64,000 nt of DNA, taken from NCBI GenBank assembly GCA_963828525.1, contig CAWHEP010000010.1, positions 32,001 to 96,000 on the forward strand. Reading direction: 5' to 3'. This document shows positions 40,290 through 52,023 of the stretch, one piece after another; the stretch's first letter is position 1; each line of letters starts with the position of its first letter. A program made the position numbers and the translations under genes. Under the pieces are notes generated by a model. It saw only the letters and a program-made list of their open reading frames with translations. It was not told the origin of the DNA and did no database searches. The stretch comes from an uncultured Verrucomicrobiae bacterium (GTDB lineage: Bacteria; Verrucomicrobiota; Verrucomicrobiia; Chthoniobacterales; Chthoniobacteraceae).

Positions 40290-40363
40290 TCGGGCCGGCG
40301 AGATTCGAACTCGCGACCTCTTGAACCCCATTCAAGCGCACTACCAAGCTGTGCTACGGCCCG
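40290..40363 (-). tRNA. tRNA-Pro(GGG)
   Basis: Reverse complement CGGGCCGTAGCACAGCTTGGTAGTGCGCTTGAATGGGGTTCAAGAGGTCGCGAGTTCGAATCTCGCCGGCCCGA folds as a cloverleaf with anticodon GGG and a TTCGAAT T-loop. CCA is not encoded. Confidence 0.96.
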
Positions 40364-40401
40364 AAAAAAACAACACCCAAGTCCGGCAGGGGCGAGGGTT
40401 G

Positions 40402-40429
40402 ACCTTACCGGGCTTGCACAGCAGGTCAA
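40402..40429 (-). promoter_or_regulatory. Putative sigma70 promoter of tRNA-Pro
   Basis: Minus strand TTGACC-16 nt-TAAGGT, about 40 bp upstream of the tRNA. Confidence 0.45.
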
Positions 40430-40534
40430 GCGGAGACCGCAAAATCGCTCCGCCGAGGAGGAACGAGCCGGAGCATGCCCATCATAGCCTGCCCGAGTCG
40501 TTGCTTTGCAGTCGAGCCCACTGATTCCTAAGCC

Positions 40535-41583
40535 TCAGAGCCGCCGGTTAAGTAGAGACAGGCTCCCGCTAGCCACCGTCCTTTCTCCCGCCGCGCGTTC
40601 CCGCGCTTCCCGCTCTTCGCCAAAGAGTTGGCGAATGACCTCCTCCACTGGCAGCTCCTTCACGTCGATGTCCGTGACTTTGAAGCTGGAGAGGATTTCC
40701 CGGCAAGCCTCTGTAACCTTGCCGCGCGGCACCTTCAATGTCACGGCTCGTGATGTCTGCTCCACAACCTCCCCGCATCTCGCAAAATCGCGCTCCGCCT
40801 CATCCTCGAACTCGAATGCCAACACCTTATGCGTCGCAAATCGATCGATGATGGAATCAAGCGGACCATCGAAGAATATCTTTCCGCGATCTATGATGAT
40901 GACACGGGGACATAGCTCCTCGATGTCCTGCATGTAGTGGCTGGTCAACATCGTCACGATGCGATGTTCGGAGTTATAGACGCGCAGGAATTCGCGCACT
41001 TTTTTCTGGCTGGTCACGTCCAGACCGATCGTCGGCTCATCCAGAAAGAGAACCCGGGGGCTGTGAATCAATGCCGCGATCAACTCCATCTTCATCCTCT
41101 CGCCGAGGCTCAATTCGCGGACCATCACGTTCAGCTTGTCTTTCACGTCGAGCAGTTCGCACAGTCCGCCAACGATCTCCTTGAACTGTTTGGGCTCGAT
41201 TTCGTAGATCGCGCGGTTCAATTCGAGGGACTCCCGCGCGGGGAGGTCCCACCAGAGCGCGTTTTTTTGCCCCATCAGCAGGCTGAATTGCCGCTTCATT
41301 TCATCCCGCCGTTCCCATGGCACAAAGCCCAGAACACGAGCCTTTCCGGCCGATGGGATTCAACAGTCCAGACAGCATCTTCAAGACGGTCGTCTTGCCC
41401 GCGCCGTTCGGTCCGAGAAATCCCACAAACTCGCCTTCTTCGACGGAGAATGAAACGTTGTCCGCCGCGCGCGTTTCATCGTAGTGCCGCCGCCCGAGAC
41501 CCTTCACCGCGCCCCAAAGCCCGGCTCCTTCTTGTAGGTGCTGATAGACCTTAGTGAGACCCTGGACTTCAATCGAAGCTCAT
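40535..41583 (-). CDS. ABC-2 type exporter ATP-binding protein (several frameshifts)
   Basis: GPNGAGKTT in 41301-41507; [18 protein letters not shown] and TSH in 40535-41323. Confidence 0.88.
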
Positions 41584-43003
41584 GCGCGCGGGAGGCTGAC
41601 CGGCGGCAGCACTTCGCAGAGGCCCAGCCATAGACGCTTCCGCCATATCCTCAATCTGCTTCCGCGTCACGCAATAGGCGGGCATCAGCACAAGGACATC
41701 CCCGACTGGCCTGGTAAGCAAGCCGTGGCTCCTCGCGGCTTCGCAAATCCGGGACGCCCATGCGCTGCGTAAACGGGAATGCTTCGCGCGTTGCGAAATC
41801 CTTTACGATCTCTATGGCGCAGATGACACCTTCCACCCGCACATCGCCGACATTCGGATGTTCCCAGAACCGGCTGGCTGCCGCTCCAAGGCTTGCGCTG
41901 ATCTCGCGAACGCGGCGCATCGTATCTTCCTGCTTAAGGATCTCGAGATTAGCCAGCGCGGCGGCGCAGCCCAGGGCGTTTCCCGAATAGCTATGGCCAT
42001 GGAAGAATGTCTTCATCTCCGCGAAATCGCCGAGGAAAGCGTCGAAGATTTCGTCTGACGCAACCGTCGCGGCAAGCGGCAGGTAGCCGCCACTCAGCCC
42101 TTTTGCGAGCGCTACTACATCCGGAACGACCTGCTCCTTTTGAAAAGCAAACATCTCTCCCGCGCGCCCAAAACCGGTCAGCACTTCATCCAGCATCAGC
42201 CAGGCTCCGTGCTCCCGGCAAATGTTCGCCGCCCGGGACAGGTAACCCTCGGGATGCATCGACATGCCCCCCGCGCCCTGAACGAGCGGCTCCATTATCA
42301 AAGCCGAAGCGGCGGCCCCGACATGCATCAAACGCCGCTTCCAGCTCGCCAGCGCATTCCCAATTGCAACGTCTTGACGCGCGAGCATCAACGCCTCGTT
42401 GGGGCTCCGCCCGATTGTACGGGCAGCGGTAGCAGACCGGGGCCATGACTTCCGCGTGGGAAAGAGCAGGGGCTTGTATGCGCGGATAAAAGAGGGCTAT
42501 GCCCGGCGCTCATGGCGCCGATGGTGTCCCCGTGGTAACCCGAGGCGAGAGGGAGATGAACGGCGATCGCTCTGGTCGCCCCGTTGTGTTCGAGCCTGAA
42601 AAATCATCTTCAGCCCCGCCTCTATTGCTGTCGAACCATCATCCGAAAGAAACACCTTGCGATCCGTCCCGATCGCAGCGCGTCCACCAGTGCGCCTGCC
42701 AGCGCGGGGCGCGACATCATTGGAAAGGCCGAGAAATGAACTGTGTGCGATCTTCCCGAGCTGGCGGACGCCACGCTTCATCGATCTCTCTCACTGCGAT
42801 GTCCATGGAGGTTCGTCCAGATCGACGAGTTGCCGTCCAGGTATTCGCGTCCATGGTCGTCCCATAACGAAGCCCCTGGCCCTCGACAATAACAACCATG
42901 TCATTGTGCGCCTCCGGATCCACTCCCGCATCTGAGTGAACGGATGCCAGAGAAACTTGCGGTCAAGATCGGCAGCGTTCAACAGTCCCTTAAGTGGTTC
43001 CAA
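41580..43003 (-). CDS. bioA: Adenosylmethionine-8-amino-7-oxononanoate aminotransferase (multiple frameshifts)
   Basis: LWHPFTQM, HSSFLG, SDDGSTAIE..LK, EPLVQGAGGM, DEV.TGFGR, AKGLSGGYLP, FFHGHSY.GN spread across frames. Confidence 0.88.
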
Positions 43004-43143
43004 CTACAGCCTTTTGCAAACCAGAACCGTCTGCGCATTTCGCACCGGAGCGGCATTGGAGTGCATGCGCGACTCGCCCAGCGCCAATCTCCTCGCGCCG
43101 CTTTCGTGCCACGCCAGGAAGTCTGCAGCCACCCGGGATGGCC

Positions 43144-45051
43144 TTACGCGACGCTTTTGGAGCGGTTGCTCACGAACGGAGTTACCTTTTCCACGATCGC
43201 CTCGGCCGTGAGGCCGTGCTTTTTCATCAGGATATTCACGGCGCCATGCTCGACGAACTGGTCGGGCCATCCCACGCGAACCACAGGCGTCGTGATCAGG
43301 GCATCGCCAAGCAACTCCATGACCGCGCATCCGAATCCATTGTGCAGGACATGATCCTCCACCGTGCAGATGACGTCCACGCTGCGGCGCGAAAAATTCG
43401 ATCGTGCCCGGCGTCGAGAGGCTTGATCCAGCGAGGGTTTATCACAGCCGTGGAGATTCCCTGGCTCTCCAGCGCCTCGGCCGCTTTCATCGCCATCGAG
43501 CACATGCCTCCCAGGCTGATGATGGCCACCTGTTTGCCATGCTTCAGCACTTCCGCCTTGCCCACTTCCAGCAGTTTAGGCACTTCCCGCGGCTTCGCGC
43601 CTGTGCCTGCCCCGCGAGGATATCGGATCGCGATTGGCCCCTCATGGTAGTTCGCCATCGTCCATAGCATGTCCGCGAATTCTTCCTCATCCTTCGGTTG
43701 CATATGGACGAGGTTGGGCACATGCCGGAGGTAGCCGATATCGAACAATCCGTGGTGCGTCGGGCCGTCATCGCCGGAAAGTCCCGCGCGATCCATGCAA
43801 AGTGCGACATCCAGTTTCTGTAGAGCCATGTCATGGATTATCATGTCGTAGGCGCGCTGCATGAAGGTGGAGTAGATCGTCAGGAATGGCTTCATCCCCT
43901 GCACCGCCATGCCGCATGCGAAAGGGCGCCGCGTGCTCCTCCGCGATGCCCACGTCGAAGTAGCGGGTGGGATGTTTCGTCGCGAAATGTGATAGTCCGG
44001 TGCCGGTGGGCATCGCGGCGGTGATCGCCACGATCTTGTTGTTCGTGTCAGCGAACTTCGCCAGCGTTTTCCCCGAGAAGCTCCGAGTAGGTCGGGAGAG
44101 TGGCGGTGGCGGTTTCCCCGGTATCAGGCTTGAATTTACCGAGTCCATGGAACTTGTCGGGCCGCTCAAGAGCGGGAGCGTAGCCCTTGCCCTTTCTGAG
44201 TCAGTATATGAAGCAGAACTGGCTCGTTTTGCGTTTTCAGAAAGTCAAATGTCCGAATGAGCAGCGGGATGTCATGGCCATCGATAGGTCCATAATAGCG
44301 AAAGCCGAACTCCTCGAAGATCACGCTCGGCAGCAGCAGATTCTTAATGCCCTCTTCAAACTTGTGCGCTAATTCACGGGTGTAGCGCCCACCGATCATT
44401 TCCACGAATTTCCCCGCTTTATCATGCAGATGCGCGTAGGTCGCGCTGGTGGCGATCTTATTCAGATAGCCCGCAATCGCGCCCGACGTTCTTGGCAATG
44501 GACCACTCGTTATCATTCAGCACCACGATGAGACGCTTGGTCGCTCCCGCGACGTTATTCAGCGCTTCGTAGCTTATGCCGCATGTAAAGGCGGCGTCGC
44601 CCGCCACGACCACGACGTTCTCATCGGTCCCGCGGCAATCCCTGCCCACCGCCATCCCCAATCCGGCGGACAAGGCGGTCCCGGCGTGTCCCGCTCCGTA
44701 ACAGTCGTGCTCGCTCTCCGTCCTCAACAGGAATCCATTCAGACCCTCATACTGCCGCATGGTGTTGAAGAGATTGCGGCGGCCCGTAAACAGCTTATGC
44801 ACATATCCCTGGTGACTGACATCGAAGACAAACTTGTCGCGTGGAGTCTCGAACACCCGGTGCAGGGCGATCGTCAACTCGACCACGCCCAGGTTGGGCC
44901 CAAGGTGGCCGCCTACCGAGTTGGGATTGCTTTCCGAGAGAACGGTCACGAGTTCATCGCGCACCTCCTGCGCGAGGGTTGGCAGATCGCTCTCGTCAAT
45001 CGCCTTGATGTCGGCGGGGGATTGTATTTTATCCAGCAGTCGCGTGTTCAT
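43144..45051 (-). CDS. dxs: 1-deoxy-D-xylulose-5-phosphate synthase (multiple frameshifts)
   Basis: [78 protein letters not shown]. Confidence 0.93.
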
Positions 45052-45056
45052 AGAAT

Positions 45057-45350
45057 TTAGAAAAGTCTTGCCTCTTGCGCGGGTTCTTTCACCGGCTTGG
45101 CCCCAGCCGCGTCGAACTCCACCAATTTCGGCTTCCCGGACGCGTCTCTCGTTATAATTTCGATGCGTTTCTCGGCCGCCTCGAGTTTCTCGGAGCAAAA
45201 TCTTACCAAGCCTACGCCTTCCTCGTAGCGGACAAGGAGCTCTTCCAGCGGCATCTTTTCCGCTTCCATCCGCTCAACGATCGACTCCAACTGCCCTATC
45301 GCGCTCTCGAAAGATGATTCCGCTATGGTTTCCTGGGATTTGGCCGCCAT
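45057..45350 (-). CDS. xseB: Exodeoxyribonuclease VII small subunit
   Basis: FE.AI..LE.IV..ME....PLEE....YEEG..L...C...L..AE..I; canonical position upstream of dxs. Confidence 0.93.
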   Translation of the reverse strand: MAAKSQETIAESSFESAIGQLESIVERMEAEKMPLEELLVRYEEGVGLVRFCSEKLEAAEKRIEIITRDASGKPKLVEFDAAGAKPVKEPAQEARLF

Positions 45351-45354
45351 TCCT

Positions 45355-47077
45355 TTAATCGCTTCGGTCAGACCACCGGTTTCGGTCGCTGTAATAGATG
45401 CACTCGCGATTGATGGGCAGCGTCGTGACGGCGTGCAGAGGGAAATTCTTCAGGTTCACCATGCCGAGGATGAAAGGAGCCCAGTCCTTGTACTCCCCGT
45501 TCAGGATGTCCAGGCGGAACGGGGCGTTCCCGGAGATGGGCGTGAGATAGAGGCCGACAAGTGGTGAGCCGAGCTCATTGAAGTCGTTCACTCTTCACGA
45601 AATCCTCGATCGTCGTTGGCAGCCAAAGCGACTTCCGATCAGCATACCACGCCACTCCCCAAGGCATGTCGGATACAATGATCTCGTTGTCGTTTGTCCA
45701 TGTGTTCAGAATGGATATAAACGGAGGCACGTAGGGGGGCCAGTTAAAAATTCCCTGCTGCACCAGCAGATTCCCGAGCAGGGGAAATGAGGAGATGATG
45801 AAAATGCCCACGATCAACGCGAGGCGGCCGAGGCGCATCGTAATCTCCATTCGCGTAAACAGCACGAGAGTAAAAGCGAGGCCGTAAAAAATCATCAAGG
45901 GCACGAACAGGAGAAAAAGCGCGTTGGGCTGGAGCCCTTCGTGGAGCGCCAAGCCGTCCACTCCCATTCCCAGCGATGCCATCGCCCCCATCGACAAGAT
46001 CAGCCAGCGAAACGACGAAGTTTCCGGGCGTTTGAAGGGATGCATCAAAGAGACAAAGAACATCGGGGCCATGATGCTGGCGCCCAGTAGTTCATAGAGA
46101 TGATTAAGCTGAAAGATCGCCTGTCCCTGGAGCTTTGAGTGAAACGTCGTGGGGCTGAAGCCTACCGCCGCCATCTTCATCGAGCGCATCATCTGGCTTT
46201 CGGAACCCGTGATCTCCTGCAAAAGGGAGTAGGCGGCCAATCCGAAAGGATTGCCGCATACCTGGTAATTGCGGACCAGCCACGGGGCGTAAACCACGAG
46301 GAATGCGCCCAGCATCAGAAGCGCGTGCATCCCCCGGGGCCGAAAGGAAAACAGAGCAAACAAAAACGCACCCGCAAAGATCCAAATTGTCAGGCCGTGC
46401 GCCAACGCAAGCAAGCCAAAGAGGGCGCCAGCGGCAACCATCCAGGGAGCCACCCTCCGATCAGCGGCGCGCGCTTCCAGAGCCCTCGCGAGAGTGTACG
46501 CGCAGATGCTGAAGAGAAAGAGCATGAGCATCTGGGGCAGCCCGGAAAGGGAATACTCCCAGAATGTGTAACAGACCACCACGAGGCCAAGCCCGAGCAG
46601 CGCCAGCTTTTGGTCAAACAGCCTTTTGGCGATGAAATAATTCACCGCGATCGACAACAGAAAAAACAACACCGACACCAGGGAGATCACGCGATCCCCA
46701 ACGTAGAGGTTGATTTTTGGACTCATGTCCCAGGACTTCCGAATAGCCCCAAGAAAGAAGGAATTTACATAAGGGTTCAACGGCGCGTTATACGTGTCCG
46801 GCACCTTGTCGCCGGGGAAAGCCCCCTTGTTCTCCGTAAACTGCCAGACCGCGAGCGGGCGGATCATCTTTGTCGTGAACCCGTTTCCTCGCGCGATTTC
46901 TCGCGCGATTTGCGCCTGCTCCATGCCGGTTGCCGATGAGAGTCCACGAAACCGGGAGCTGAAGATGAGGGTGAGCACCATCATTGCCGTCACCAGCAGC
47001 GTGAAACGAACCCATGGCACCCATTTCCCCTCCTCCAAGGTATGGACGAACGTTTGGACTTCCTTCTCAGTTGCCAT
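45355..47077 (-). CDS. GT-C (family 39/ArnT-like) membrane glycosyltransferase, frameshift near 45590
   Basis: AQIAREIARG.GF.T, APL.P, many TM helices, PWLVRNY...GNP, SDMPW.VAWY.DR; C-terminus continues in ORF 45355-45591. Confidence 0.75.
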
Positions 47078-48440
47078 CGGGTTGCTGCTCTTTCAGTTCC
47101 TTCAATTTGCGATGCACAGTGCGGCGGCTAATGCCGAGCTTCCGCGCTGCCTCTGTGACGTTTCCCTCTGACTCATCGAGCGCCCGCATGATGATGCGCT
47201 GTTCGGTGTCCTGCAGATTCAATTCCGAACCTGCCTGAGTCCCTTTAAGTCCGGCGACCGGCTTTGTCTGCTGCCGGATCGACGCCGGCATGTCGCGCAG
47301 CGTGATCTTTGACCCGCTGGACATGACGACCCCACGTTCAATGGCAGTCCGCAACTCGCGCACATTCCCCGGCCAGTCGTATTCCAGGACGCAGTTCATC
47401 GCTTCCGGGGTCATTTCGCGAGCCGGTTTTCCGTTTTCTTTGGCGAACTCCTTTAGGAACGCGTGAACCATGAGGGGAATATCCTCTTTCCGCTCCCGCA
47501 GCGGCGGCATCGTGATCGTCACAACATTGAGCCGGTAGAAAAGATCGTCGCGGAATTTACCCTCGTCCACCATCGCCCTCAGGTTCTTGTTCGTGGCTGC
47601 CACCAACCGGACGTCGACCCGCATCTGCTGGTTGCCGCCGACCCGTTCGAAGGAATGTTCTTCGCCAAGGACGCGGAGCAGCTTGACCTGGGTGCTCGCG
47701 TCGATCTCTCCGATCTCATCCAGAAAGAGCGTGCCTCCGTTCGCTTGTTCAAAGCGCCCGATGCGCCGCTCCACCGCCCCGGTGAATGCTCCCCGCTCAT
47801 GTCCAAACAATTCGCTTTCCAGTAACTGCGGAGACAGCGCCGCGCAATGGACCGCGATGAACTTCGCCTTGTTCCTGTTGCTGAGTGAATGCACCGCGTG
47901 CGCCACGAGTTCCTTGCCAGTGCCGCTTTCCCCCTGGATCAGCACAGTCGCTTTCGAGGGCGCGACCTGTTTGATGGTATCGAAGACCTCGCGCATCGGT
48001 TCGGAATTGCCAACAAAACTCTCCAGGCCGAAGCGGGAATCCACCTGCTGCTTAAGCGCCCGATTCTCCTTTTCCATCTCCCGGCCCTGGAGCGCGCGGT
48101 TTATGAGCATTTCGAGCTTGTCGATATTGATCGGCTTCGTGACGAAGTCGTAAGCGCCATGCTTCATCGCTTCGACAGCCGTATCGACGCTCCCATACGC
48201 AGTGATCATGATGCACAGGGGCCGATGAGCCAGCTTCAATGCCCGGTCGATCAGTTGCATCCCATCTTCACCGCCAAGCCGCAGGTCAGTTACCATCAGG
48301 TCGATGGTGTCGCCTTCCAACACGTTCATCGCGCCGCCGATGTCGGACGCTGTATAAACGTCGAAGTTCCCCTCCAGAGCGCTTCTCAGGCCGTCCCGTG
48401 TGTGCTTTTCGTCGTCAACGATCAGGATTGTGGGTTTCAT
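47067..48440 (-). CDS. NtrC/AtoC-family sigma-54 response regulator
   Basis: Receiver domain, GESGTGKE, ESELFGHE.GAFTGA, WPGNVREL, Fis-type HTH. Confidence 0.96.
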   Translation of the reverse strand: MKPTILIVDDEKHTRDGLRSALEGNFDVYTASDIGGAMNVLEGDTIDLMVTDLRLGGEDGMQLIDRALKLAHRPLCIMITAYGSVDTAVEAMKHGAYDFVTKPINIDKLEMLINRALQGREMEKENRALKQQVDSRFGLESFVGNSEPMREVFDTIKQVAPSKATVLIQGESGTGKELVAHAVHSLSNRNKAKFIAVHCAALSPQLLESELFGHERGAFTGAVERRIGRFEQANGGTLFLDEIGEIDASTQVKLLRVLGEEHSFERVGGNQQMRVDVRLVAATNKNLRAMVDEGKFRDDLFYRLNVVTITMPPLRERKEDIPLMVHAFLKEFAKENGKPAREMTPEAMNCVLEYDWPGNVRELRTAIERGVVMSSGSKITLRDMPASIRQQTKPVAGLKGTQAGSELNLQDTEQRIIMRALDESEGNVTEAARKLGISRRTVHRKLKELKEQQPDGN

Positions 48441-49672
48441 TGCGACGCGTCTTCCGTTGCTTGCTCCTCCGAGGGCGGAGTCGCCGCGGGGAGCAATCGG
48501 GCGCGCCGGTTGCGAATGGGAAGTCGCACCGTCAACTCCACGCCCTGGCCTTCGTTGCTCACGATGTCTATCTCTCCCATGTGCGCTCGCACCACACGGC
48601 GCACGATCATCAGACCCAGGCCCGATCCCGCTGTTTTCGTCGTAAAGTAAGGATCAAATATCTTGCTCATGTTCTCCGCCGAGATGCCCCCGCCCGTGTC
48701 CGTGAATGCTACCAGCGCGTATTCGGAGTCGACATCTGTTTTTATGCGCAGGATGCCTTCGCTTTTCATCGCCTGGAAACTGTTCTTGATGATGTTGTAG
48801 AACGCTTGCTTGATCTGATTTCTATCCACCTCAACGGAGGGAAGATCATTCCGGAGCTCCTGCTCCACAAGGATGTCGCGATCCTGGATTTCCGCCGCAA
48901 GAAATTCGACCGATTCCCGAACGAGCGTGTTGATGTTCGTCATTTCGAATCGCAGAGGCGCGGGTCGAATGGCGCCCAGAAATTGATGGATGATATAATC
49001 CAGCCGCTTGATCTCCTCTTTTGCGATCCTCACGGGTTCATGCAACTCCGCCTGAAACTCTTCGGGCAGCTTTCGCAGCTTCCGATCCAGAAGTTGAAGA
49101 TGGATATCAAGAGAGTTGAGCGGATTTCCGATCTCATGCGCCACCCCCGCGGCCAGCAGCGTAAGAGCGGAAAGCCGTTCGGACTCGATCGTCTCCTCCG
49201 TTGAGCGCCGGCTCTCTGTTATGTCTCTAAGGATGACCGCGTAACCTACAAGCTCCTGGAGCGCCCCGCTCCCGGGGTCTGTTTTTCCGCGCGTCCCCTT
49301 GCGGCGCTCATCGAGGGTGAGTGGCACCACGTAAAAATTCAGCACGCGATTTTCCGGGTAGAAAATCTCCATGTCCCTGCTGATGATTTTCTCCGAACCC
49401 GTCAGTGAATCCCAATCAAGGCCTCCAACCTTTTCTGAAAGCAGTTTCCCAATGATACTTTCCTCCACCAGCCCGAATAGCTGGCACGCCGACTGGTTCA
49501 CGTAGCTGATCCTTCCTTGCGGATCTGTGACGATCACCCCTTCCCGGATGGCGTTGAAGATGGTCTCCAGCAACCCCTTTTCACGCGCGAGCCGAAGAAG
49601 GTAATTCTGGATCTCTCCCGGTCCGATACGCTCCACCCGTTCGAGCAGTTTCTCCAGGAAGCCGCTCTTCAT
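48437..49672 (-). CDS. PAS-domain histidine kinase (NtrB/AtoS-like)
   Basis: PAS domain, VAHEIGNPL, NIIKNS, DTGGG, GSGLGL. Confidence 0.94.
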   Translation of the reverse strand: MKSGFLEKLLERVERIGPGEIQNYLLRLAREKGLLETIFNAIREGVIVTDPQGRISYVNQSACQLFGLVEESIIGKLLSEKVGGLDWDSLTGSEKIISRDMEIFYPENRVLNFYVVPLTLDERRKGTRGKTDPGSGALQELVGYAVILRDITESRRSTEETIESERLSALTLLAAGVAHEIGNPLNSLDIHLQLLDRKLRKLPEEFQAELHEPVRIAKEEIKRLDYIIHQFLGAIRPAPLRFEMTNINTLVRESVEFLAAEIQDRDILVEQELRNDLPSVEVDRNQIKQAFYNIIKNSFQAMKSEGILRIKTDVDSEYALVAFTDTGGGISAENMSKIFDPYFTTKTAGSGLGLMIVRRVVRAHMGEIDIVSNEGQGVELTVRLPIRNRRARLLPAATPPSEEQATEDASQ

Positions 49673-51871
49673 ATCAGAGCCATCTGCTGCTCAGGCGGGG
49701 GCGCGAAAAAGCACGAGAACTTCTTCACAAGTTCGTTCAATTTCGCGACGTAATACTCTACATTTTCGTCACGCATCGAGGGATCCCAGTCGCTTGCCAG
49801 CTTGGAGTTTTCGTAGGCTGACACTGTTTTTTTATTCCCGGTGATGTAATAGCTCACCTTGTCGCCTGGCTGGTAGGGCTTGCCACTTTTCAAAGCCAGT
49901 TCATACGCGGAAGCCCGGTTCCGTGAAGAAGCCTCTATTTTGCGGGAATAATGCCCGAGCGAGTCCTGGAGCGTCTCGGCCTTCATGAGAAACTCCACCG
50001 GACATTTCCGGGCCCGAATCCGCGCCTCAAACTCGGCGCGCAGGCCGCTCACGCTGTCACCCTTGCCTTCAAGCAAGAGCCGGATCATCCCTTCCATGAA
50101 CTCCCTTTGGAACTTCTCCAGGCCGCGGGATTTCAAAGCGCCGCCGCGAATGATGAGTTCACCTTCCTGCGTCAGGAGGGCGTAGTTTTTGGCTTTGTAG
50201 CTGAACATCGCTCTAAACGAGGTATCGAATTCCACTTCAATCCCCTTTGGCAGGATCGCCCCCATCCCCTCCCTTAGTTCTTCCAAGTTGCCCCCAGGAG
50301 GCGGCTTGAAATAGATCCCGTCCGTATCGATCTCGATGACGGCGGCATTCCTCTCCTGGAGCCAATCGACCATTTTCCTGAGGAGGTCACGCCCAGTCTG
50401 CGTCACCTGGCTGGCCGCGTCGAAATCCGCGAAATGCGCTTGGGAGAAGCCAAGGTAGCCGTAGAAACTGTTGATGAGTATCTTGAATGTCGATTGCAGC
50501 GCCTGGAAGTAGTTGAACCGGCGCTGGTCGCTACCGGCGTGTTCGCGCATCCGCATCTTGGCTTCCAGACGGAAATCACGCAGGGCGGTGAGCATTCCCC
50601 TGAAAACGCCGAGTCGATCCTGCGCGGGCAGAAAGTCGAAGCACAACATCACGGAGGGATAAAGCGACGCGATGTCGCAATGCCATACATTTTTCGCGAC
50701 GCCCGTCTCGAAAATGGCCGTGTAGCCGCCCTCGAAATCACGAGCCACCGGCAAGTCGGGGAGGGAATGTCGCTGCCTGAAATACTCTCGGAGCAACAGG
50801 GCGTCGATCTTCGTGGCGTTGCCGCGGACGACCACGTCCTGGTAAACGTAAGGGAAGATTTTGGCCTGCATGAAGTAGCTGGCGCTCAGGAGGGCAGCCA
50901 GAATCCCGCGTCTGCATGGCCGCCTGCCGGGCGTGCCGAATAAAAAGGGGAGGTTCCTCAAGGTAAGCCGAGCGCGCCTCCCGATCCGTCAATTCCACTT
51001 CGAAAGGCAGGTGGAAGTGGCGGGCGACTTCCGCGAGTTCATAGCCCTCCAGTTCGCGGACTGAAATATCGTGGAATTGACTAAGTAAAGCAGTGTCCAC
51101 CAGGTGCCGCCCGCGCACCTGGTACTTGGGGTAATTGATCGTCCGCTCCGCGAACTGCAAACGGGAAGGCCGACTTTTGGGGGCGGCGCCATTCCGGCCC
51201 CATCCGAGATGAACCTTCAACCGCTTCGCGCAGGCCGCGAGGAAGGGAAGGCAAACTCTGAAAAGGTCATGGCCCTCGATGACGTCTGGATCCCGCTCTG
51301 AAATCGCAGCAGTCAGCCTCTGCAGAGCGTCGCGTTCCGATATTTCGGGATCGGCTGGATCGATGAAGAGTATCTCCTCCCACCCGGAATTATCGCAAAG
51401 CGCTATCGCCATCAGGTTTGATACCGGGGGGACGCCGCCTTCATACGGCTCTTCATGCTTATGGATCTCGACGCTAATCTGCATCCTCCTTAGTTCCTCG
51501 AATTGCATCCCCTTAAACAAGGTCATGCCGGTCGACAGTAGGAACTGCTGCGCGGGATCCGGGAGGGCGTGGAATTTCTGCCCTTCGTTCTTAAGGGCCG
51601 TTCGATCCCGCGTAAAATCTTTCCAGGACGCGTATTCCAACAGGTGCGATAAAGGCAAGTCGCCAGCGAGCTTTTCTGAAGCGACTCCATGACCCTCGGG
51701 ACGAGCGCTGTTGCTCCAAAGGAACGGCGCCAACCTTTCTTCCCGCAGGCTGGACGAACCATCAGCTTCCCGCAGGTAGAGCGAGATGACGTTCGGCTCC
51801 TCGAACTCTACCGCGACCAGTCGCTCAGTAGAGTTGTGACCGAAAAGGACTTTGTTCTCTTCGAACGCCAT
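49669..51871 (-). CDS. polB: Family B DNA polymerase (Pol II-like), one frameshift near 50900, exonuclease motifs degenerate
   Basis: Motif A DIASLYPS, motif B KILINSFYGYLG, motif C DTDG, KNYA. N-terminal exonuclease-fold region with DPDVIEGH. Confidence 0.88.
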
Positions 51872-52023
51872 GCGTGCCGTGTCTCACCGCGCCTGTATCG
51901 CTCGATCTATCGCGCCCAATCAGACGGGGAAGTGTCGCACTTCCACGCCATTGATTCCAAGGCAAATGAAAGCGCCGGTCCACCTCCCTTCCCGGGAAAG
52001 TGACGACAGGGAAGGCGAAGAAG

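Noticed and set aside
40399..40429. TTGACCT-N17-AGGTCAA inverted repeat as an ncRNA or operator
   Set aside because: It coincides with the likely -35 and -10 elements of the tRNA promoter, and there is no further structural support.
41580..45051. bioA and dxs as true pseudogenes or programmed frameshifts
   Set aside because: Many scattered small indels with conserved protein motifs, dxs is normally essential, and there are no consistent slippery sites. Sequencing error is more likely.
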